Below are positions 1 through 6,021 of a stretch of DNA of 39,948 nucleotides, one piece after another (within the stretch, counting starts at the first letter, position 1; each line of letters opens with the position of its first letter). The notes beneath the pieces were generated by a model. That model worked only from the letters and a program-made list of their open reading frames with translations, was not told the origin of the DNA and ran no database searches. The stretch covers positions 1 through 39,948 of IMG/VR virus record IMGVR_UViG_3300048912_000061; one strand, 5' to 3'. The position numbers and the translations under genes were made by a program. The DNA is from a virus.

Positions 1-127
1 CGCCATGTCCACCGCCCCCGCATCCGAGCCGGTGACGGCGAAGTGCGAGGTGTGCAATGGCGACCGCTACGTGCCGCGCATGGTTGACGCATGGGAGGAA
101 AAGATGGTGCCTTGCCCTGACTGCACC
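1..127. repeat. Terminal overlap identical to 39822-39948, so the window is a circularly closed or permuted 39,821-bp unit
   Basis: Read base by base: 1-127 (cgccatgtccaccgcccccgcatccgag...ccttgccctgactgcacc) equals 39822-39948 with no mismatch. Confidence 0.9.
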
Positions 128-556
128 GGCACCGCTCCCACCAAGGCCGAGCCGGTGACGGAGCAGCCCGCAGGCGCAGGGGCGGGGAGCGATGATGCTT
201 GGACGATGACGCTCAACACGCTGCTGTACAGCTACCGGCATTGCGGCCACTCGGCAATGGAGCGTGTCAAGGCCCGGTTCATCGTCCACATCGACGCCAC
301 CATCAAGGCCCGCGAGGAAGCGGCACGGCAGGAGGGGCGGGCAGCGGCGATGCTGGTTGTGGCTGAGAAGGCTGCGCGCGCGAACCCCGGAAAGCTGCTG
401 AATGCTATCAGCGCCGCTCAAGCGGGTCTGCCAGATTGTGGGCACGGGCACGTGCACAAGCGCACTGACGGCGTAAAAGCGCGCTGCGGCGGACCTGGGA
501 TGTGCAGGCTGTGCGCGCATGATGCAGCCGCCCTTGCCCAGCGAGGTGGCGAATGA
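5..556 (+). CDS. C-terminal part of an early-left protein whose gene starts at 39340 and crosses the circular junction (345 aa in total). It carries a DnaJ-like CxxCxG...CPxCxGTG zinc-finger module.
   Basis: Track ORF. 5+39821=39826 is in phase with the stop-free frame that opens at ATG 39340. Motif KCEVCNGDR...CPDCTGTG. Its stop overlaps the next start (ATGA, 553-556). Confidence 0.7.
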   Translation: MSTAPASEPVTAKCEVCNGDRYVPRMVDAWEEKMVPCPDCTGTAPTKAEPVTEQPAGAGAGSDDAWTMTLNTLLYSYRHCGHSAMERVKARFIVHIDATIKAREEAARQEGRAAAMLVVAEKAARANPGKLLNAISAAQAGLPDCGHGHVHKRTDGVKARCGGPGMCRLCAHDAAALAQRGGE

Positions 557-723
557 GCGCCAAGACCTACCTCGACAGGTGGACATGTCCGAAGGGCCAC
601 GCCAACAGCACCATCCGCCGAGTCGCCAGCGCGGGCCGCAAAGTCAGCACGACTTGCACGCACCGCGACTGCCAGTGGAAGAAATATCCGGTCATCGCTG
701 GGCCAGTGAAGGAGTCCGCATGA
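553..723 (+). CDS. Small zinc-ribbon-like protein, 56 aa (MSAKTYLDRWTCPKGH...TCTHRDCQWKKYP...), absent from the ORF track because it is under 60 aa
   Basis: ATG 553 overlaps the upstream stop (ATGA) and its TGA 721-723 overlaps the downstream ATG 720 (ATGA). Hand-counted GC3 is about 82%, versus about 66% for the competing track frame 519-719. Cys/His pairs are C12/H16 and C35/H37/C40. Confidence 0.55.
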   Translation: MSAKTYLDRWTCPKGHANSTIRRVASAGRKVSTTCTHRDCQWKKYPVIAGPVKESA

Positions 724-1094
724 GCACCAATGACCAGATGCCGCCGCTGCCGGAAGCGGACCATGTAATCCATGTTACCGATAGCGAAACGATGGATTGC
801 TTTCGCTCCGACCAGATGCACGCCTACGCCCGCACCTACGCCGCCGACCTTCGCGCTCGCGTAGTGGAGCTGGAGGAAAAGCTGGCGCAGTCCGAGGCCC
901 GCAACAGCACGCTTTCCGCAACGGTCGATGTCTCCACACGGACGCTTGAACTCTGCGCGAAGACTGATCGCACTCTCGCCGCCCGCCGCTCTCCTGGTGG
1001 AGAAGGGGCAGAGGCGGTGGGCCGCTGCGTCGGCTGCCAGGCCGAGCAGGGCGCGCCGCACGCGAGCGGGTGTAAATTCGCGCCGTACGTATAG
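720..1094 (+). CDS. Hypothetical early protein (124 aa, coiled-coil-like centre). It is the real part of track ORF 519..1094.
   Basis: Internal ATG at 720 is preceded by gtgAAGGAGtccgc (Shine-Dalgarno). The upstream part of the track ORF has poor GC3 and is better explained by the 553..723 ORF. Confidence 0.6.
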   Translation: MSTNDQMPPLPEADHVIHVTDSETMDCFRSDQMHAYARTYAADLRARVVELEEKLAQSEARNSTLSATVDVSTRTLELCAKTDRTLAARRSPGGEGAEAVGRCVGCQAEQGAPHASGCKFAPYV

Positions 1095-1124
1095 CTGCAC
1101 AAACTTTAAGCACCAGCGGTCCCC

Positions 1125-1403
1125 ATGCTACGCTATTTGACCATTCCCAAGTTCTCGGCCGAATCGGGCTACACCGAGGACGCGATCCGCACGAAGATCC
1201 GAGACGGGATCTGGGCGGAGGGGGTGGTGTGGATCAAGGCGCCGGACGGGCGCAATCTGATAGACGTGAAGGGGTATGAAGCATGGGTCGAGACGGGCGA
1301 GGGGTTAAAGGTGCATCGGAAACCAGCATCGAAATCTCTTTCATGTACCAGGGCAAGCGCTGTCGGGAGCGCATCCCGCTCAAGCCCACTCCCGCTAACC
1401 TGA
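1125..1403 (+). CDS. xis: Excisionase (DUF1233 / putative-excisionase type)
   Basis: MLRYLTIPKFSAESGYTEDAIRTKIRDGIWAEGVVWIKAPDGRNLIDVKGYEAWVE matches the excisionase pattern recalled from memory (GY..dAIr.Ki..G.W.EG..W.KAPDGR). It lies immediately upstream of int. The 3-prime 121 nt overlap int in another frame. Confidence 0.75.
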   Translation: MLRYLTIPKFSAESGYTEDAIRTKIRDGIWAEGVVWIKAPDGRNLIDVKGYEAWVETGEGLKVHRKPASKSLSCTRASAVGSASRSSPLPLT

Positions 1404-2461
1404 AGCGGGCCGAGCAGCACCGCGCAGCCATCCTGGTCGCCATCGCCAACGGCACGTTCGACTACGCGACCACCTTCCCCAATTCCAAGCAGGCCGCCAC
1501 CTTCGCGCGCGTGCCCGGCGACGTCGAGTCCGTGGCCGCCTATCTCGACAAGTGGCTGGACTCCAAGAAGAAGCAGCTGAAGGCCAGCACGTACGCCAGC
1601 TACAGGAAGATCGTCATCGGCTACCTTGATCCGTGGTTCGGCACAATGAAGCTGTCCGGCCTGAAGCGCCGGGACGTGCGTGCCAAGCTCGAACAGCTGG
1701 AAGCCACAAACAAGACCCTGGCCAACATCCAGAGCGTGCTGCGCGCCGCTATGACGGACGCAGAGGAGGATGAGCTGATCGACGCCAACCCGCTGACCGG
1801 CTGGACGTACGCCAAGCAGGAGGCGCCGAAGGAAACCGACGACATCGACCCGTTCAGCCGGGATGAGCAGCAAGCCATCCTGACCGCGCTGGAAGGGCAG
1901 GGCCGCAACTTGGTGCAGTTCGCATTCTGGACCGGGCTACGCACGTCCGAGCTGGTGGCTCTGAACTGGGCCGACGTCGACTGGATCCGCGGGGTCGTGC
2001 GGGTGCAGCGCGCGCAGACCCAGCATGCCGAGGAAGCCGAGACGACGAAGACCGCCGCGGGCAAGCGCGACGTGAAGCTGCTGCAGGGGGCCATGGATGC
2101 GCTGGTCGCCCAGAAGGCGCACACCTATCTGCGCGGGCAGGAGGTGTTCCAGAACCCGCAGACCGGCGAGCGGTGGGCAGGTGACCAGCCGATCCGGAAG
2201 ACCCTGTGGACCTGGGCCCTTAAAAAGGCCGGGGTGCGCTACCGCTACCCGTACCAGACCCGGCACACCTACGCCAGCATGATGCTGTCGGCGGGTGAGC
2301 ATCCAATGTGGGTGGCCGGGCAGATGGGGCACCGGGATTGGACCATGATCGCGCGCCGGTACGGCCGTTGGATGCCCGACGCCGACAAGCAGGCCGGCAG
2401 CCGGGCGGAAGCGGTCTACGGCGCGGGCGCCCCAAATGAAAACAGCCGCAAAAGCGGCTGA
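1283..2461 (+). CDS. int: Tyrosine integrase, lambda/P22-like, with an N-terminal arm-binding domain (DUF3596 type)
   Basis: N-terminus GVKGASETSIEISFMYQGKRCRERIPLKPTPANLKRAE...GTFDYATTFPNS. Catalytic signatures LRTSEL (Arg), RHTYAS (H-x-x-R) and GHRDWTMIARRYGRW (His, Tyr). ATG 1283 has GAAGGGG upstream. Confidence 0.93.
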   Translation: MGRDGRGVKGASETSIEISFMYQGKRCRERIPLKPTPANLKRAEQHRAAILVAIANGTFDYATTFPNSKQAATFARVPGDVESVAAYLDKWLDSKKKQLKASTYASYRKIVIGYLDPWFGTMKLSGLKRRDVRAKLEQLEATNKTLANIQSVLRAAMTDAEEDELIDANPLTGWTYAKQEAPKETDDIDPFSRDEQQAILTALEGQGRNLVQFAFWTGLRTSELVALNWADVDWIRGVVRVQRAQTQHAEEAETTKTAAGKRDVKLLQGAMDALVAQKAHTYLRGQEVFQNPQTGERWAGDQPIRKTLWTWALKKAGVRYRYPYQTRHTYASMMLSAGEHPMWVAGQMGHRDWTMIARRYGRWMPDADKQAGSRAEAVYGAGAPNENSRKSG

Positions 2462-2466
2462 TCCAT

Positions 2467-2650
2467 GCTGTCATTTTGTTGGCATTCCGTAGCCTAAACA
2501 GCCCCAAAATACCCCAAATTTTCGACAGCCTGAAAATCTAAGTGACTGATTTTCAGAGGTTTTATGGTGGAGGCGGCGGGAATTGAACCTACGGAATTTG
2601 AGCGCCCATGCGGGTTTCGGCGGCTTGGTTGGCAAAAAGCTGTCATTCCG
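2467..2650. promoter_or_regulatory. attP arms: short repeated motifs flanking the core that could be Int arm-type sites
   Basis: GCTGTCATT at 2467-2475 and 2639-2647. ATTCCG at 2484-2489 and 2645-2650, and inverted (CGGAAT) at 2592-2597. TTGGCA occurs on both sides. A 9-bp inverted repeat CTGAAAATC/GATTTTCAG lies at 2530-2538/2548-2556. Confidence 0.35.
2565..2589 (-). other. attP core: 25-nt copy of a tRNA 3-prime end (T-loop, T-stem, acceptor strand, CCA)
   Basis: The reverse complement reads GGTTCAATTCCCGCCGCCTCCACCA, which parses as T-loop TTCAATT, T-stem CCCGC, acceptor CGCCTCC, discriminator A and CCA. Upstream of this block the T-stem partner is missing (GTAGG instead of GCGGG), so only the 3-prime end is present. 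It lies 104 nt after int. Confidence 0.7.
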
Positions 2651-2704
2651 GCGCGGGGAGCCTTTGGCAATCGAACGCCGGTTTGATGGCGTTCTACCGC
2701 CGGT

Positions 2705-2986
2705 TCAATCCTCGTCCCTATCCATGTTTCCGAAGAGGCGCTTCGGCTCGGGCGGCGCCCCGGCTCGGCCTTCCTCGCGCACGACCGGTTCCACGCTGGT
2801 CTCGCGCAGCAGCTCGTTTCGTCCCTCAGTGGAATCCGTCACCAAGTGCTGGCGCACCCGGCGCGCGAACTGGCGCAGGCGGTGCACCTCCCACAGCAGT
2901 GCCACGACATCAGAATTGCCGGGGTTTCGTTCGCGGATGGCGGCAAGCTGGTCTTTCGTGAGCGGTGGTGGTTGGCGCTTTGGCAT
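2705..2986 (-). CDS. Hypothetical 93-aa protein (moron-like position between attP and the lysis genes)
   Basis: Track ORF MPKRQPPPLTKDQLAAIRERNPGNSDVVALLWEVHRLRQFARRVRQ.... Hand-counted GC3 is about 76%. It is divergent from the small ORF at 3065. Confidence 0.5.
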   Translation of the reverse strand: MPKRQPPPLTKDQLAAIRERNPGNSDVVALLWEVHRLRQFARRVRQHLVTDSTEGRNELLRETSVEPVVREEGRAGAPPEPKRLFGNMDRDED

Positions 2987-3064
2987 CGCGTCAGTATAGC
3001 GCTCGGTTGATCCTGGTCAGGCAACGCGGCGGCGGCGCGGGCATGCTGGCGGCGGAGGTGGCCC

Positions 3065-3235
3065 ATGGAGCACCCAGAGAAGCGGCAGGACCGCGAAACC
3101 GCGGCGGTGTTGTGGGAAGGGGAGAGGATGCGCCGGGCGTTCGGCGCGGAGGCGGCGCGCACGTTCCTCGAGCGGAGGGCCGTGCGGCCGGATCTGGTGG
3201 AGAGGGTTATTGCTGGGCGGGTGGTGCAGCGCTGA
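3065..3235 (+). CDS. Hypothetical 56-aa protein (MEHPEKRQDRETAAVLWEGERMRRAFGAEAARTFLERRAVRPDLVERVIAGRVVQR), not in the track
   Basis: ATG 3065 is preceded by GGAGG 7 nt upstream. Hand-counted GC3 is about 87%. There is no in-frame stop until TGA 3233-3235. It converges on Rz and overlaps its 3-prime end by 29 nt. Confidence 0.5.
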   Translation: MEHPEKRQDRETAAVLWEGERMRRAFGAEAARTFLERRAVRPDLVERVIAGRVVQR

Positions 3236-3800
3236 TCGCGTCGGCTGCAGCCTTCACCGCGTCGTAGGAGCGGACGCAGGCGTCAAGCCGGTCAATGGCT
3301 TCGTTCCGCGTAGATCGGAGCCATTCAAGATTTGCTGCAACTGTTCCGTCGAGATCCGCGAGAGCGGCGGCTGGGTGATCCACGGTTCCAGCGGGTCCAC
3401 CTTCAATCGATCGGACTGGATCAGAACCTGCCTGGTCGGCTGCTCGGACAAGGACTTGCAGCCGCTGACGGCCAACAGCAAGGTCAGATTGAAGGCGAGC
3501 AGAATCAGCTTTTTCATGGTCAAGCTCCTGTTGGATAGCGATGAGTCTGGCGCGCGCGACGGCAAGATCCGCCTGCGCGGCGGCCACCAGACGATTGAGA
3601 CGATTGCGCTCGTCTTGCGCGGCGCGGGACAGCTCCGCGTCCTCTGCTGCGTGGCGTGCGTCGGAGAGCGATTCCCCGTGGTGGATCAAGTGAACGCTGT
3701 AGGCGTAGAAAGCACCGACTGTGGTGGCGGCCAGCAGCGCGGCGAGCACCCAGCGAGGCGGGATGAGGCTGAACGGGTTCATCCTTGCGGCCCCTTCCAC
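3207..3800 (-). CDS. Rz: i-spanin (Rz-like): N-terminal transmembrane helix plus a long coiled coil
   Basis: MNPFSLIPPRWVLAALLAATTVGAFYAY is followed by Ala/Arg/Gln-rich helical sequence. It is the last gene of the holin-endolysin cassette and hosts an embedded lipoprotein ORF. An alternative start is ATG 3782. Confidence 0.8.
   Translation of the reverse strand: MEGAARMNPFSLIPPRWVLAALLAATTVGAFYAYSVHLIHHGESLSDARHAAEDAELSRAAQDERNRLNRLVAAAQADLAVARARLIAIQQELDHEKADSARLQSDLAVGRQRLQVLVRAADQAGSDPVRSIEGGPAGTVDHPAAALADLDGTVAANLEWLRSTRNEAIDRLDACVRSYDAVKAAADAISAAPPAQQ
3254..3517 (-). CDS. Rz1: o-spanin (Rz1-like) lipoprotein, entirely embedded in Rz in another frame
   Basis: Internal ATG 3517 of track ORF 3254..3565 gives MKKLILLAFNLTLLLAVSGC, with lipobox LAVSGC. 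The mature part is Pro-rich. The position is the classic embedded one inside the i-spanin gene. Confidence 0.8.
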   Translation of the reverse strand: MKKLILLAFNLTLLLAVSGCKSLSEQPTRQVLIQSDRLKVDPLEPWITQPPLSRISTEQLQQILNGSDLRGTKPLTGLTPASAPTTR

Positions 3801-3855
3801 CCGAGAAGGCGCAGAAAGGCCATCAGAACGACCCAGGCGCAGCGTTTGATGGCGG

Positions 3856-4377
3856 TCAGCATCCCAGCACCTCCTTGGCGGTCACGTACAGCTTCTGCCG
3901 CTCGGCCAGCCCGTTGGTGCCGCCGTTGATGATCTTCGTGATGCGCACGAAGTCGCCAGCGTCGGCCAGCCGGTTGAGCCCATGCTCGCGCCAGAACCAG
4001 GCGGCCGAGCGGCAAGCGTTCCCGGCTTGCTCCAATAGCTCCGGCTGCGCGATCAGGTCGAGATGCAAACCTTGGCCGCACAGCTCGTAGTTGTGGCGGC
4101 CGGTGATCTGGATGAGGCCGCGGCCCCGGAAGCGGGGGCCGTCACCCGGGCGGACGTTGCCGAGGTCTTGGCGGCCCTCGTAGGCCTGCCCGCTGGCGAT
4201 CTCGCGCACGTAAGCGAGCTGGCCGGACTCGTGGCCCACTTGGGCGAGGAATGCGGCCTGCTGAAGCGGCGTGGAGATGCCGAATTCGCGCATGGCGTCA
4301 TCCAGCGGGGGCGCGAACAGGGCCACGCGCTTGCGCCCGGCAAAGGGCATGATGCGAAGCAGCTGTTCCGCGTTCAC
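3856..4377 (-). CDS. Endolysin, glycoside hydrolase family 19 (chitinase-like)
   Basis: AAFLAQVGHESGQLAYVRE...GRGLIQITGRHNY...NACRSAAWFW...ITKIINGG is the GH19 phage-lysin pattern. The GTG start overlaps the holin stop (GTGA at 4374-4377). Confidence 0.9.
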   Translation of the reverse strand: MNAEQLLRIMPFAGRKRVALFAPPLDDAMREFGISTPLQQAAFLAQVGHESGQLAYVREIASGQAYEGRQDLGNVRPGDGPRFRGRGLIQITGRHNYELCGQGLHLDLIAQPELLEQAGNACRSAAWFWREHGLNRLADAGDFVRITKIINGGTNGLAERQKLYVTAKEVLGC

Positions 4378-4769
4378 AGTGCCCCCTTGCCTTCCTTGAC
4401 CACCTCAACGATGTCCGCGTCGCGGCGCTTGTTGATGTAGTTGAAGGCCCAGCGGACGACTGCCCAGGCTGGCAGGCCGCACGTGAACGCCAGGGCCAGC
4501 ATCGCCATCATGCCGAACGGGTCTTGCACCCAGTGCTGGATGCCGAGGTACCGCACGAGCGCCGAGCCGCCGCCGATGGAGCCGACGAGCGTACAGGCCA
4601 GCGCCACGCGCCATTCCGTCTCGTCCTTGGGTTTGGTCAGGGCCATGACCACGAAGGCCGCGAGGCCCGCGCCCAGCGCCCCGAGCGTGGCCAGGCCGCC
4701 GATGATCTTCCAGCCTGCTACGCCAGCCGCTGCGCCCGAAATAGGTTCGCTCATTGTGTTTGCCTTCAT
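4374..4769 (-). CDS. Holin (multi-pass membrane protein), with a possible dual start MKANTM
   Basis: Hydrophobic segments GAAAGVAGWKIIGGLATLGALGAGLAAFVVMAL, VALACTLVGSIGGGSAL and FGMMAMLALAFTCGLPAWAVV are followed by a charged C-terminus. It sits directly upstream of the endolysin. ATGs at 4769 and 4754 lie 5 codons apart. The track start at 4829 adds a non-membrane leader and looks less likely. Confidence 0.7.
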   Translation of the reverse strand: MKANTMSEPISGAAAGVAGWKIIGGLATLGALGAGLAAFVVMALTKPKDETEWRVALACTLVGSIGGGSALVRYLGIQHWVQDPFGMMAMLALAFTCGLPAWAVVRWAFNYINKRRDADIVEVVKEGKGAL

Positions 4770-4881
4770 GGTGGGGATTGCGTTTACCTGCGGGGATTGG
4801 GCAGGGCGTTGGTCATGCAGCGCACGCATGGCGCGCGGCCGGGGATGCCGGCGAGAGGTTGAACTTCATGAGTGCGACTCC

Positions 4882-5379
4882 TTACAAAGAAAAACCCGCC
4901 GGAGCGGGTTGGTTGGGGGAAAGCTTGAAGTAGTTGCAGAGCTCGAGGTCGACCGGCCGCACCCGCGTTCGCGCCACCGGGTCGAGCATCCAGGTGCCGC
5001 CGGCGCCGATGGCCGCGAACACCAGTTCCGAGCACCACCAGCGGGACGTGTCGGCCCAGTCGGTCGAGTACAGCAGCGGGATGCCCAGAGCGCCCAAGTA
5101 GTCGTATTTGGCGCCAACCTGCTGACTTAGGAACTCGATGACCGCGCCCACGTCCTGCACCGGCACGATCATGTCGCGGAAGCTGACCACGCCCGACATC
5201 GCCTGCGACAGCAGCGCCTCGCGCACGCCGTGCTGCATCGTGGCTTCGAACACCCGACCGCGCACGATGATCATGCAGTGCGACCAGTCGCGCGAGCCTC
5301 CCAGGCGCGCCACAGCCAGGCTGCCGACGTTCCACGGCCAGCGGCTGGTGAACCGGATGCAGACGGTGCCGGCGGCCAT
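4882..5379 (-). CDS. Permuted papain-fold (NlpC/P60-like, YiiX/C92-type) peptidase, a candidate cell-wall amidase/endopeptidase
   Basis: The order His (WSHCMIIV), then Glu (VFEA), then Cys in WWCSELVFAA fits the permuted NlpC/P60 (CSELV) pattern recalled from memory. The assignment is motif-level only. Confidence 0.55.
   Translation of the reverse strand: MAAGTVCIRFTSRWPWNVGSLAVARLGGSRDWSHCMIIVRGRVFEATMQHGVREALLSQAMSGVVSFRDMIVPVQDVGAVIEFLSQQVGAKYDYLGALGIPLLYSTDWADTSRWWCSELVFAAIGAGGTWMLDPVARTRVRPVDLELCNYFKLSPNQPAPAGFSL
4883..4909 (-). terminator. Intrinsic terminator at the end of the virion-gene block, before the lysis cassette
   Basis: The minus strand reads AACCCGC-TCCG-GCGGGTT followed by TTTTCTTTG. 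It overlaps the last codons and stop of the 4882..5379 gene. Confidence 0.6.
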
Positions 5380-5381
5380 GA

Positions 5382-5837
5382 TCAGGCCTTCGGGATCTCG
5401 TGCGGCTGCACGGGGGCGTCCAGAATCTCGAGCGCGCGGCCGGCACCGAGGATGCCCCCAGCCTCCAGCGCGGTCACGCCGGCCCGCGTATCCTCGCGGT
5501 CCAGGTCGATGTACGTGGCCGCGGCTGCGTCAGCCTGGCTTGCGCGGATCGCGGCGGACTTCTGGCGGTCAGCCATCGGCGCGGCCGGGTTGTCGGCGGC
5601 GGCCAGCTCGATCGCCACCTTCTCCGCCTGCGTGAAGCGGTTGCGGAAAGCCAGCACCGTGATGTGGCGCGCGACCGGGGCCGGGGGCTCGGGCGGCGGG
5701 TTGGTGAAGTCGCCCGTGTCGGGGTCATAGGTCGACCCGATCACCGAGTCCTTCGGGTCCACGAACGGGTAGCCGAACCCGGCCACCTCGGCGTAGTTGA
5801 TCACCACGTTCTGGTCGTTCAGTTGTGCTGCTCGCAT
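5382..5837 (-). CDS. Hypothetical protein (151 aa)
   Basis: Track ORF with ATG at 5837. Its stop lies 2 nt before the next start. High GC3. No motif recognised. Confidence 0.7.
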   Translation of the reverse strand: MRAAQLNDQNVVINYAEVAGFGYPFVDPKDSVIGSTYDPDTGDFTNPPPEPPAPVARHITVLAFRNRFTQAEKVAIELAAADNPAAPMADRQKSAAIRASQADAAAATYIDLDREDTRAGVTALEAGGILGAGRALEILDAPVQPHEIPKA

Positions 5838-5844
5838 GTGTGCT

Positions 5845-5877
5845 CCAGAAAAAGGAAGGCCACCGCGCGGGTGGCCT
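5845..5877 (-). terminator. Intrinsic terminator downstream of the 565-aa virion protein gene
   Basis: The minus strand reads AGGCCAC-CCGCGCG-GTGGCCT followed by TCCTTTTTCTGG (stem 5857-5863 / 5871-5877). Confidence 0.55.
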
Positions 5878-5913
5878 ATAATTGTTGAGATACAAATAAC
5901 CTCGGAGACGGTG

Positions 5914-6021
5914 ATGAGCGCCTATCTGACTTACAAGATCGTGAAGGGCTGCATCATTGTGGCTGTTGCTGGCGCGATCGCGTTCTGGCGGGGATTAACT
6001 GGCCGCGACGGCGATCACTGA
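5914..6021 (+). CDS. Possible 35-aa membrane peptide on the opposite strand (MSAYLTYKIVKGCIIVAVAGAIAFWRGLTGRDGDH)
   Basis: ATG 5914 has GGAG 7 nt upstream, and TATAAT at 5877-5882 lies about 30 nt upstream. It fills an otherwise non-coding, lower-GC gap. There is one hydrophobic helix. Evidence is weak. Confidence 0.3.
   Translation: MSAYLTYKIVKGCIIVAVAGAIAFWRGLTGRDGDH

Noticed and set aside
2565-2640. Possible complete tRNA gene on the minus strand
   Set aside because: Only the last 25 nt fit a tRNA. The T-stem 5-prime strand (GTAGG) does not pair with CCCGC, and the predicted 5-prime acceptor GGAGGCG is absent. It is an att core, not a gene.
2695-2715. GGTTCAATCC T-loop-like string on the plus strand
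   Set aside because: There is no flanking complementary T-stem or acceptor stem. It lies at the stop end of the 93-aa ORF.
4770-4829. Holin start at the most upstream ATG (4829)
   Set aside because: The extra 20 residues (MRALHDQRPAQSPQVNAIPT) are not membrane-like and the codon usage is poorer. ATG 4769/4754 fits holin architecture better. The extension is not excluded.
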